A stretch of DNA of 36,881 nt from Candidatus Uhrbacteria bacterium (GTDB lineage: Bacteria > Patescibacteriota > Patescibacteriia > UBA9934 > GWF2-40-263), in assembly GCA_016205975.1 (NCBI GenBank), contig JACQSK010000015.1, positions 76,624 through 113,504 of the forward strand. The letters are read 5' to 3'. The notes beneath the pieces were generated by a model that saw only the letters and a program-made list of their open reading frames with translations, had not been told where the DNA came from and did no database searches. Below, piece after piece: positions 15,724 through 26,300 of the stretch. A program made the position numbers and the translations under genes. Each line of letters opens with the position of its first letter. Within the stretch, counting starts at the first letter, position 1.

Positions 15724-17127
15724 ATGCCTTTTAGAAAAAAATCTGCCGCGCCGAAAAAAGTTTCCGTTCCAGAAAAGGAATCAGCGCCCGTCGCGGCCGC
15801 GCCAACAGAAGAAGAAGGAGGTAACTCCAAAAACCCCGAGCTCTTGCGCGGGTTCCGCGACATCATGCCTGAGGAGCAGGGGAGGTGGAACTTGGTGCGC
15901 GACACCGTGCGCAAGCTCGCGGAGGCGTATAGCTTTGACCGCATCGACCTGCCGATTCTCGAACGCGCGGATTTATTTTTGCGCACGCTGGGGAAAGGCA
16001 CCGACGTTGTGGAAAAAGAGATGTACATTTTTACCGACCCTTCCAACCGTTCGGTGGCTCTGCGCCCCGAGGCCACGGCTTCGGCCGCGCGCGCCTACAT
16101 CAACCACGGCATGCTCGACCGTCCTCAGCCGGTGAAGCTGTGGTACCTGGGTCCCATGTTCCGCCACGACCGTCCACAGGCGGGCCGCTACCGCCAGTTC
16201 TATCAAGCCGGTTTTGAATCCTTCGGCGCCGAGGAACCGATCGTGGACGCGCAGCTGGTCGTGATCGGCATGCAGATTTTTAAAGATCTGGGCCTCGACG
16301 TGAAGGTCGAGATCAACTCGATCGGCACCGCCGAGTGCCGCAAGGCCTACTTGGCCGAGCTGGTCGCCTACTTCCGCACGCACCGCGCGAAGCTTTCCGA
16401 GGACGACAAGCGCCGTTTGCAAAAAAATCCGCTGCGCATCCTGGACAGTAAAGAGGAAGCCACGCGCGAGCTCCTGGAAGGCGCGCCGCAGATTTTGAAC
16501 TGGCTGGATGAGAAGTCCAAGGAGCACTTCATGAAGGTCCTGGAGTTCGTCGAGGAAATGGATATTCCCTATTCGCTCAACCCCTATCTTGTGCGCGGGC
16601 TGGATTACTACACGCACACCGTGTTTGAGTTCGTGCTGGCAGAAGATCAAGGGGAAGTCGCCCAGAGCGCCTTGGGAGGCGGTGGGCGCTACGACGGGCT
16701 CGTGGAGGTTTTGGGAGGACGCCCGACGCCGGCGTGCGGGTTTGCCCTTGGGCTCGAGCGCATCGTGCGTGCGCTTGAGGCCAAGGGAATCAATCCGCCA
16801 GAGCACCCGGCACCGCTCGTGTTCTTTGCGCAGTTGGGAGACGCAGCGCGGCGCGTGGGGCTCAAGCTCTATGAGGAGTTCCGCCGGTCCGGTATTCCTG
16901 TGGCCGAGGCGTTCGGTAAGAACGCGCTCAAGGCACAGCTGGAAGCGGCCAACAGACTCAACGTGCCCCTCACGCTCATCTTGGGACAGAAAGAAGTCCT
17001 GGACGGAACGATCATTATCCGCGACATGGAGTCCGGCGCGCAAGAAATCGTGGACGTGAAAAAAGCCGTGGCGCTCGTCGCCCGGAAGCTGCAGCCGGTT
17101 GTCCTTGACAAACCAGCTGATCTTTAG
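15724..17127 (+). CDS. hisS: Histidine--tRNA ligase
   Basis: RGFRD, KEMYIF, LRPEATA, FRHDRPQAGRYRQFYQ, LVRGLDYYT, GGGRYDGL, GLERI. Confidence 0.97.
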   Translation: MPFRKKSAAPKKVSVPEKESAPVAAAPTEEEGGNSKNPELLRGFRDIMPEEQGRWNLVRDTVRKLAEAYSFDRIDLPILERADLFLRTLGKGTDVVEKEMYIFTDPSNRSVALRPEATASAARAYINHGMLDRPQPVKLWYLGPMFRHDRPQAGRYRQFYQAGFESFGAEEPIVDAQLVVIGMQIFKDLGLDVKVEINSIGTAECRKAYLAELVAYFRTHRAKLSEDDKRRLQKNPLRILDSKEEATRELLEGAPQILNWLDEKSKEHFMKVLEFVEEMDIPYSLNPYLVRGLDYYTHTVFEFVLAEDQGEVAQSALGGGGRYDGLVEVLGGRPTPACGFALGLERIVRALEAKGINPPEHPAPLVFFAQLGDAARRVGLKLYEEFRRSGIPVAEAFGKNALKAQLEAANRLNVPLTLILGQKEVLDGTIIIRDMESGAQEIVDVKKAVALVARKLQPVVLDKPADL

Positions 17128-17164
17128 CACACTAGGCCTGCTAATAAAGAGTAAACGAACGAAT

Positions 17165-17404
17165 GTGATTCTTGTTAAACGAAAAAAAGGTGAAAGCTTT
17201 GAAAGTTTGTATCGACGGTTCGGCCGCCGCGTGCAGCAGAGCGGTTCGGTTCTTGAGTCCAAGAAAAACCGTTTTCACAAGCCCGAGCTTTCCAAGAGCA
17301 AACAGCGCGCCAGCGCCCTGCGCCGCCTCTCCAGCCGCGTGAAGCGGGAGTACCTCCTGCGCACGGGCCAGCTCATTGAGGAGCGCTTCCCGCAGAAGCG
17401 GTAA
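17165..17404 (+). CDS. rpsU: 30S ribosomal protein S21
   Basis: GTG start; ILVKRKKGESFESLYRRFGRRVQQSG..E.KKNRFHKP. Basic, and directly upstream of yqeY as commonly seen. Confidence 0.85.
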   Translation: MILVKRKKGESFESLYRRFGRRVQQSGSVLESKKNRFHKPELSKSKQRASALRRLSSRVKREYLLRTGQLIEERFPQKR

Positions 17405-17418
17405 ACTGTTTTCAGCCT

Positions 17419-18174
17419 ATGTCTCTTCTTGAAGCCATGACAGAAGACATGAAGGCTTCCATGAAAGCCAAAGACAGCGCAACGCTTTCCACGTTGCGTT
17501 TGTTGCTTTCTGCTTGCAAGAATAAAAAAATCGAACTCCTGCACGAGTTGTCTGACGCAGAAGTGCAGGACGTGGTGAAGACGCAAGTGAAGCAGCTCAA
17601 GGACTCCATCGTCTCGTTTGACGCCGGCGGACGCGCGGACATGGCGCAGAGCGCGCGCGCGGAGATTGCGGTGCTTGAGAAGTACCTGCCTGTACAGATG
17701 AGCGAGGAGGATCTGAGGGCGCTCGTGCAAAAAACGATTGCGGAGACCGGAGCCGCGAGCCAGGCGGACATGGGCCGCGTGATGGGCGCTACGCTCAAGG
17801 CCGCTCAGGGTCAGGCCGACGGCGCACGCGTGAAGGGGATCGTGATGCAGCTTTTGCCTGCCGTTGTCCTCGTCCTGGTTGGAACCTCCACGGCCTATCA
17901 GCCAGCGCTCGCGGCCATTCCTCTTGTCGCAGAAGATTTCGGCCTGGACGCCTCCACCATCGAGATGGCCCTGCGCCTGTTCCGCGTGCTGATCCTCTGG
18001 CTGGGCATTCCAGCTATTACGCTCATGCTGACCGGGGGGTTTGGGTATATGACGGCTTCCTCGCGTGACGAGCTCCATACGGAGGCCTGGGGAAAGATGG
18101 CACAAGGATTTTTTGCCACGATCATCGTGGCAGGACTTTTCGCCATTTCGACGATCATCCTCCAGCAGCTCTAA
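17419..18174 (+). CDS. yqeY: GatB/YqeY domain protein fused in-frame to a VirB2/TrbC-like pilin
   Basis: Residues 1-~145: DMKASMKAKD..LSTLRLL, EIAVLEKYLP.QMSEE, DMGRVMG, ADGARV. Then a signal-like segment (PALAA) and LTGGFGYMTA..D....AW.......II. Confidence 0.85.
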   Translation: MSLLEAMTEDMKASMKAKDSATLSTLRLLLSACKNKKIELLHELSDAEVQDVVKTQVKQLKDSIVSFDAGGRADMAQSARAEIAVLEKYLPVQMSEEDLRALVQKTIAETGAASQADMGRVMGATLKAAQGQADGARVKGIVMQLLPAVVLVLVGTSTAYQPALAAIPLVAEDFGLDASTIEMALRLFRVLILWLGIPAITLMLTGGFGYMTASSRDELHTEAWGKMAQGFFATIIVAGLFAISTIILQQL

Positions 18175-18185
18175 TAGAGAAAAAA

Positions 18186-18212
18186 TAAGACGAGCTCTCG
18201 CAGCTCGTTTTT
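18186..18212 (+). terminator. Terminator after yqeY-pilin
   Basis: AAGACGAGCT-CTCGC-AGCTCGTTTTT. Confidence 0.7.
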
Positions 18213-18218
18213 GCTATT

Positions 18219-18458
18219 GAGACCTCTGCAAAACTCGATGAGATTGCGATGCGCGGGGAAAGCCTCCGCCAAAGGCGGATTAGCCTTTGGCTGAAGCCGC
18301 CGAGACGTAGCGACAGCTACGTTGACCCTTCGATGTACTCAGGGTCAGTCTGAGCACAGTCGAAGACTGAGGCGGCGGCGGCGTAAAGCCGCGTGGCGGC
18401 CACGCCGCTCTACGCGGGGCCCCGCAAGTCGCAAGGTCGTGAGTTTTGCAGAGGTCTC
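18219..18458. mobile_element. MITE-like element with perfect 18-bp terminal inverted repeats
   Basis: GAGACCTCTGCAAAACTC (18219-18236) and GAGTTTTGCAGAGGTCTC (18441-18458). Non-coding interior full of hairpins. Same termini recur at 36571-36711. Confidence 0.7.
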
Positions 18459-18531
18459 TCTATCCACAGTTTTTTCTGCGCGCTTTTTTCCAAATGCGCT
18501 ACAATAGCTGCACGCGCACAGGCGTATCCTC

Positions 18532-20346
18532 ATGACAGAGAAGAGCACACAGAGACTCGCTTCCGGTTTCGTGCACGCGGTTGTGTTTGCCGTGGTGGCG
18601 TTTTCTGTTTTGGCGCTCTGGGCGGTCGCGCTGCCGGCCTTGGCGCAAACGAGCGCGCTGGAAACCGTTGGGTCTGTTTCAGGGTTGCCCACGGACAACA
18701 TCGCCATCATCATCGCCAGAATCATCCGGCAGTTTTTGATGGTCATCGGCATTCTGTTCACTGTGCTCATCGTGTACGCGGGGTTTTTGTACCTGACGGC
18801 GCGCGGAGAACCGGACCCCGTCAAAAAAGCAAAAAAGATTTTCCAGCAGTCCATCATCGGCCTCGTGATTATTTTTTCCGCCTACGGAATCGCCACGTTC
18901 ATCCTGGACCGTCTGCTCGATGCGGCGTTCTCGGGCTCGACCTCGGCGACGGCCGATGCGTACTCTGAACCGCTCTCCGGCTCCTTGGGCGGAGGCATTT
19001 TGGACGACCATTATCCCGAGCGCAACGCCACGGACATCCCGCGCAACACGCGTATCTTCGTTTCGTTCAAGGAAGCCATGAATCCCGCGAGCCTGATCGA
19101 AGGCTACGTGGACGACACGACCTCGACGGACCTCGACATCCAATCCGTCCTCATCTATCCCACGGCGGAGGGATCCGGTTCCGCACTCGCCCAAGACGAG
19201 GTCGTCGTGACGTACGACGATGCGTTTGAGATTTTCGTTTTCGATCCGGTCGAGTATTTGGGCTCGGCTGAGGAGGACACCAACTACACCGTGGTCCTCA
19301 CGACCGATATCGAAAAAGCCGACGGCAGCGCGGCCTTCTCCGGATCGTATGCGGACGGCTATGCCTGGACGTTTGAAGTGTCCACCGAGATCGACCTCAC
19401 ACCGCCAACCGTGACCTCCGTGGTGCCGATCCAGGATGCGGATGAGCCGCGCAATGTCACGATCGAAGTCAACTTCAGCGAGGCCATGGATCCGGTCGCG
19501 GGAACAGGCGCGTACGATGCAGTGCTGGGAGAGCTGTTTACGAATCTGTCCGCCTTCGATGAAGCGGGCGCCAACATCGAGGGGACATGGGAGATCGGGA
19601 ACGCCTATCGCACGATCGACTTCACGACCACGGACGCCTGCAGCGAGGATCCCTGCGGCGACACCATCTACTGTCTGCCTGGCAATGAGACGATCTCCGT
19701 GACCGCCAAGGCCGCCACGCTTAATGAAGACGAAGTCCCCCAGGGCGAACCTACGGGCGTTACCTTCGACGGTCTTGTGGACGCGGCCAGCAATTCGTTG
19801 GACGGTGACGGCGATGGCGATGCGTGCGGGTCGAGTTCGGACACGGTTGATTGCGCGGACGGCGATGAGGACGACGATTACGACTGGAGCTTCACGACCA
19901 CTGACGAGATCGAAGATACCGTTCCGCAGGTTGAGAGCGTGAACCCTGGCCTGGGGGAGGACGAGATCAGCCAGACCAACGACCTCACGGTTACATTCAA
20001 CACCTATCTCAAATCTTCCACCGTGGACTCGAGCAGCGTCTCGTTGTGGCCTGACCCGTGGTACGAGATGTGGTTTGCCGTGCGCAAGAGCAGCACCGGG
20101 GGCGCCACGCAGGTGGCGATCGAGCACCCGACGTTTGTGAGCACAGCGGACGGCGGTTGGGACTACTGGCCGGTTCTCACCCAAGACGTGAAGAGCACCT
20201 ACCAGATCTGCATGTACCCGGCGATCGGGCCGGACTCCTGCACCGAGTCCCGCTCCTCTCTCTATCCTTATTGTTGCGAAGGAACACCTTCCGCGAGCGC
20301 GTGCACGACGGACTCGGGAGAAGCCTTGCCGGATAATTCGGACTGA
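18532..20346 (+). CDS. Pilin (VirB2/TrbC-like)-anchored surface protein with Ig-like (Big_5/SbsA-type) domains
   Basis: Signal peptide ending PALAQ; IVYAGFLYLTARGEPDPVKKAKKIFQQSIIGLVII; repeated P....vPRN..I.V.FsEaM.P ... Y.W.F.T units. TACAAT at 18500. Confidence 0.85.
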   Translation: MTEKSTQRLASGFVHAVVFAVVAFSVLALWAVALPALAQTSALETVGSVSGLPTDNIAIIIARIIRQFLMVIGILFTVLIVYAGFLYLTARGEPDPVKKAKKIFQQSIIGLVIIFSAYGIATFILDRLLDAAFSGSTSATADAYSEPLSGSLGGGILDDHYPERNATDIPRNTRIFVSFKEAMNPASLIEGYVDDTTSTDLDIQSVLIYPTAEGSGSALAQDEVVVTYDDAFEIFVFDPVEYLGSAEEDTNYTVVLTTDIEKADGSAAFSGSYADGYAWTFEVSTEIDLTPPTVTSVVPIQDADEPRNVTIEVNFSEAMDPVAGTGAYDAVLGELFTNLSAFDEAGANIEGTWEIGNAYRTIDFTTTDACSEDPCGDTIYCLPGNETISVTAKAATLNEDEVPQGEPTGVTFDGLVDAASNSLDGDGDGDACGSSSDTVDCADGDEDDDYDWSFTTTDEIEDTVPQVESVNPGLGEDEISQTNDLTVTFNTYLKSSTVDSSSVSLWPDPWYEMWFAVRKSSTGGATQVAIEHPTFVSTADGGWDYWPVLTQDVKSTYQICMYPAIGPDSCTESRSSLYPYCCEGTPSASACTTDSGEALPDNSD

Positions 20347-20351
20347 GCCCC

Positions 20352-23300
20352 ATGAACCTTCCACATCGATCACGCTTCTTGGGCTCCCTCTTGGCACTCC
20401 TCATCAGTGTCGGTCTGTTTGTCGCTGTTCCGGTTCTGGCCCAGGACGTGGACCTGGAAAGTTTTGCCGAGCAAGCCGGGTTTTCGACTACGGCCGACAT
20501 CACGGTCATCATCGCACGGCTCGTGAGGACGGCGATCTCGTTTGTGGGCGTCGTGGCCGTGGTCTTCGTCGTCTATGGCGGCTTCATGTACATGACCGCC
20601 GGTGGCAATGCCGAGCGCGCGAAGAGCGCGAAGAAGATTTTAGTGAACGCGTTCATTGGAATCGTCCTCGTGTTCTCGTCTTTTGCGATCGTACAGTTTA
20701 TTTTAAACGCGCTTACCGAGGCTACGGGCGCCAGCGTGACGAGCGAGGACGGATCCGGAAGCTCGTTTAGCGGCGAGGGTTCGTCCTCGTCGTTCTATCT
20801 GCGCTCCGTGAATACAGACTGTGCGTCCGCCCTGCAAAACCTCGAACTGCAATTTGTCTTCTCCAAAAAAATAGACGAGGACACGGTCGCCGAGGGCATC
20901 ACGATTACGAAAGCTGGCGCGAGCTCGGCTGTGGAGGGCACCTTTGAGGTGTCGGGCAAGACCGTCACCTTCACGCCCGCCCAAGCCTGCAACGCTCCTT
21001 ACGAATCCTCCGCGTGTTTTGATGCGACAACCGACTACGCGATCGAGCTCGACTCCACCGTCCTGGAATCTTCCACCGGCTCCTCGCTCACCTGCAGCAC
21101 GTCCTATCCGTGTTCGTTTGATTTCACCACGGGCACAGGCGTAGACCTCGCGGGCCCGAGCGTCTCTATGGACGCGCCCGAGGACGGCGAGAGTTTGTAC
21201 GCCGGTTCCATCGAGCTTTTGAGCGCCGCCACCACGGACGACACGGGCGTCTCGACCGTTGACTTTTACGTGATCGATGACGACGAGGCGATTTACTCCT
21301 CGGGCGTGGACCTTTCGACCTTGGGCGAGCTCACGGGCGGCAACGCGGAAAACGTCTTCACTACGGACACGAACGAGGAGTGGAACACGAGCGGCTATAC
21401 CACCAACGAGACGTACTCGGTCTGGGCCACGGGGTCTGATTGCGCGGGCAACGACGACACGGCGAGCGCGGTGGACATCATGCTGCGCGCAAGCAGTTGT
21501 AACAACGAAGTGCAAGACGAAGACCTGGGCGAGGAGGACGTGGACTGCGGCGGCGATGACACGAGCGCGTATTACTGCGGCGCGTGCACCGGGGACGCGT
21601 GTACGGAAAACGCGGACTGCGGGAGCGGCCAGTGCGTGGAGGGAGTGTGCGTGGAGACGCCCAAGATCGAGTCAGTCACCGCCGGCGACGGCGCCGTGGG
21701 CAACCTCATCACCATAGCCGGGGAAGGCTTCGGCGACTCCGCAGGAACCGTGACGTTTTTGGGAACCGAGTCGGACGACGAGGTGACGGCCTCTGCCTAC
21801 GCGTGCAACAGTGAGACGCAATGGTCAGACGGGGAGATCGTCGTGCAGGTGCCAAGCGGGGCCGTGGACGGACCCATCGCAGTTACGACCGCGGACGCGA
21901 CTCAAGACCCGGACCGAACCGACGACGACTACGGTCCGTCCATTGCGGACTTCGATGTGAACCTGATCGAGCGCCCGGGGTTGTGTTCGCTTGATCCGGA
22001 TTCCGGCGCGAGCGCAACCTCCGTGGACGTCTACGGAAATAATTTCGGCGACGCGCAGGGGACCGCCGCCTTCTATTTCACGAACACGGAAGCTTCATCG
22101 TATGTCTCCTGGGAGTCCGACGCGCTCACCGTGGGCGTGCCCAACGTGAATGCCGGCGCCTATCGCGCGCAAGTCTTCACCGGCGACTATGTCTGCGTGG
22201 ACACGCTCTTGAACGCGACCGGCTCTACCTGTTCGAGCGACGACGATTGCGATGCAGACGCGGGGGAGAGCTGCGCACAGAGCTGGTGCTCGCAGACGCT
22301 TGGGTATTGTGAATTCGACGACGACTGCGGCGAGGACGGCGGTGAGTGCGCGTCCATCCGCGTGGGCGGCAACAAGCTGGCGTTCACGGTCGATGAGACG
22401 TCCTCGGAAACCACGCCGGTCATTTCCTCCATCGATTCCGGCTGGAGCGCGTGCTCGGGAGGTAGCGATGAGGGCGAGCGATGCAGCGAGGACAGCGACT
22501 GCGACAGCGGCGCGTGCGAGGATCAGGCCACCTGGGCGCCCAGCGGCCAGTACATCACCATTTACGGAACCAACTTTGGAACGTCCACGGGCTCCGTTTT
22601 TATAGAAAACGAATCGTTGGGATACACCGCTCTGGGTGACTCCGACTTTCCCGATGCCTGCGGGGAAGATTTTTGGCATGATACGCAGATCACCATCAAA
22701 GTCCCCGAGACGTATCAGAACGACGTGGACATAGAAACGGGCACGCACGCGCTCTCCATTGAACGCGCCGACGGCGGCGAGTCTGACGCGACGGACATGG
22801 TCATCTTGGACGACACGCCTGGCCCAGCCATCTGCGACCTGGATCCAAGCGCCGGACCGGTAGGGACCGAGGTGACGGTCTACGGCGAAAACTTCGGCAG
22901 CGCCGAGGGCGAGGTGGAGTTTTATTCGGAGCTTTCGTCCTCCTACACGCTGTGGGAAAACGATCAGGTCAGCGCGGCCGTTGTGCCGGAGGGCGCCGCC
23001 ACGGGCCCCGTGTACGTCATCGAATCCGTGAACGGGTACCCGTCCAACTCGGCTAATTTTGAAGTGGGAGACTGCAACGAGGATTCGAGCCTGTGCGAGG
23101 AAGGCGAATCCTGTTGCTCGGACGGCTCCTGTTCCACTTCCTGCGAAGAGGACGAAGACGTCGAGGCCCACTACGCCTTCAAGGTCTCAACGGGCATCAC
23201 GCCCAACACGCCCGAGGTCGTCGTGGAATGCGATGATAGCATTGCCTCGCCGTCTCCTTGGGAAGGCTGGAGTGAACCGGAAACCGTCTGTGTGAATGCA

Positions 23301-26300
23301 ACCGTGCACGTTGATTTTGACATGGACATGGACGTGAGCACGCTGACGGCCGCGAACATCACGGTAGAAAAATGTACGGCCGAGGATGAAGATGGCGCGT
23401 GTGAAACTTGGGAGGCGGTGAGCGCCTCCGACATCGAGACCAGTACGACCGGGTTCACCTGGACGCCGGTTTCGGATTTTGATGCGGACACGCGCCACCG
23501 TGTGACCTTGAACGGGAGCGGTGAGGAGGGAGCGATCCAAGCGGACGAAAGCGCGGGCGGCGGGTTCCTCGACGGTGACGAGGCCTGGGAGTTTACCACC
23601 AGCAGCAGCACGGACGCCTGCGAGGTAGGCGGCGCCAACGTGAGCCCGCTCACCGAATCGGTGGCAGAGACAGGGGACGTGAGCTATCTGGCCACGCTCA
23701 CCGCCGCGGACGACCAGTGCGTGACACTCTCCTGCAGCGGCTACACGGTTGATTGGGCGTCGGATTTCGACGGCGCGGTTATTGACACGTCGCGCCCCGG
23801 CGAAGGGATTTGTACCAACACCGTGGACGCGCAGAGCGAGACGGACGCTGGCGACCCAGCGATCATCACCGCCACGGTGACCGATGCCCAGGGCGATCCA
23901 TCGGGCGAGGGCGAGCTCACCATCAACTTTACCGATCCTGAGGTCGACGACTATTTTCCCGACTGCGCCTCAGCCTGCGTGAACGCCAAGCCGTGGGCCG
24001 AGTTTAACACCGACATGAGGGAGAGCACGCTCACGACTGCCTCGGTGACGCTCTGGGCCTGTGAGGATTCTTTGTGCGCGGCCTCCGAGCTCACGGAGGT
24101 TAGCTTCGTTTCCTCCATCGACTACGATGACTCCACGCAACGTGCAGAAATTGTTTTCACATCGGGCTCCACCATGAACGAGAGCGCCTGGTACAGAGTC
24201 GTCTTGGATGGCGACGCGATCACGGCTGCCAACGGCAACGTGCTTTCCGAGTCAGGCTCTAACTATGGATCTGATGCCAACCGGTATTTTGAAGATGACT
24301 TCTCGTGGGTGTTCAAGACAAAAGATTCCGACGTGAGCTGCGGCGTGGATTCGGTCGTGGTTTCGCCGCCCACGACCACGCTCACCGCCGTGGGCGACCG
24401 CGCCGAGTTTGACGCGACCGCGTACGGCGAGCCGGACGAGTGTTCCACTCAAGGCGAGGCCTTGCAGTCAGACTCGTTCACCTGGAGCGCGTGGGGGGCA
24501 GAGGACACGCCCAACGCCTTGGGTGACTCGACCGGTTCCTCCAGCGACCAAGATGACATCGTGGCGTACATGATTTTGGACGGCGAGATTGCGATGACCA
24601 ACGACCTGCCAGCGTACTGCTCGGGGTCCTGTTTGAACGTGGGTGCGAGCGTGACCACCAGTGACGGCGTGTGCGGCAACGGCAGCGAGGAGACGTATGA
24701 GGAGTGCGACGACGGCAATACAGATGACGGCGACGGCTGTTCCAGCTCCTGTTTGAACGAAGGCACGAGCGCGTGCACGGCAACGGTTGTGAACGGCTGC
24801 TGCGGGGATGGCAGCCGCGACTGGACGTCCAGCGCGGGCGGAGAAGATTGCGATGACGGCAACGCGACCTCGGGCGACGGCTGTTCTACCTCCTGCTTAA
24901 ACGAAGGCGCGCGCGCCGTGGGTGCGACCTGCGGGGACGCCACACGCGACTGGGTCACGGAAACCGGCGGCGAGGACTGCGATGACGACAACGGGGTGAG
25001 CGGCGACGGCTGTTCCAGCAACTGTTTGAAAGAAGGCTCTCAGGCGGCTGACGACGTCTATGCCATCTGCGGCAACGGCAAGGCGTGTACGGTTGATGCG
25101 AACTGCGGCGAGGACGAAACATGCAGCGATCTTGGGTCTTGCGTGGAGCCGGGAGAAGACTGCGATGACGGCAACGCGACCTCGGGCGACGGCTGTTCCT
25201 CTGCCTGTTTGAACGAAGGCACGAGCGTCTGCGCCACATCCACCGCAAGCGACTGCTGCGGAAACGGCACGCTGGAGACCGGCGAGGACTGCGACGGAGG
25301 TCCAGCAGGCGAGGACGGCTGTTCCTCCACCTGTTTGTTTGAAGGTTCCTCGTACGCCTACGCGACGCCGTCTTTCTGCGGCGACGGCGACACAGGAGAC
25401 GGCGAGGAGTGCGAGGCTTCTTCCTCATCCACCTTGACCGTTGGTGATTATTCCGTAGGCCAGATCGCCACGGGCGCGCCGACGGAAGTGGACGCGACAA
25501 GCGGTTATGCGATTTCCCGCGTGAGTGCAAGCGTGGAAGGGGAGAGCGACACGGCCACGCTCCAGCTTGAGTGCTCCTGTACGACCGATGCCTCCTGCGG
25601 GGAGGTCGCGACGCTGGGGTGCGGAGAGAGCAACTGCTGTTTTACGCGTCCCGGGGTGAGCGAGGCCTACCCGGCCGACAACACCGCGAGTCCTGGCGAC
25701 GGCTATTGTCGCAACAGCGCGATCTACGCGGTCTTCACGGGACTCATGGACGAGGCAACGTTTGACGGCAACCTGTATCTGGATTTGGAATCTATCGATG
25801 GGGTCACCGTGGGCGACGCAGACGCCTGTCCCGAGGGCTATACGACGAGCTCGACCACCGTGCGAGCCTCTTCACCGCTTGCTCGCGCATGGCAATGGCT
25901 GAAAGGCGCGGTGCTTGGCGTGTTCGGCCTGGATGCGAGCGCCTCCACGACCTTTGATTGTTTCCTGCCCGTGAGCTATGAGACGGTGACCGATGAGAGT
26001 GGAACCAGCGACACCGTGTACCTGCGCTACAGCTCCTTGCTTGAGGAGGACGGCATCTATCGTCTGGTGGTCGTCGGGGACGACACCTCGACGGACACGA
26101 CCTTTGACGGCGTCTTGAGTCAGGACGCAGCTGCGCTGTGCCTTGGCACGGATTGTTCTTCGGACACCTACGCGCAGTCGTTCTACGTGGGCTCGGAAGT
26201 CTGCGACCTGGATTCTGTGAGCGTGGAAGATGAGGGCGACGTGAACGCGGCTGAGTTTGAGTCTGCAAGCGAGGAGTACTTCAGCGCCACGGATGAGGAA

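Noticed and set aside
18460-18468. DnaA-box-like CTATCCACA
   Set aside because: Single copy with one mismatch; no cluster, AT-rich unwinding element or dnaA nearby.
18679-20397. 572-aa antisense ORF, and similar long antisense ORFs (277-1236, 5029-6039, 7338-8225, 8451-9437, 15973-17262, 22095-23171)
   Set aside because: They shadow well-supported genes on the opposite strand. GC-rich codon bias suppresses antisense stops, and no motifs are recognisable.
24670-25420. CRISPR array or DGR template/variable repeat pair
   Set aside because: The repeats are in-frame coding units with irregular spacing. Differences are not adenine-specific, and no cas or reverse transcriptase gene is present.
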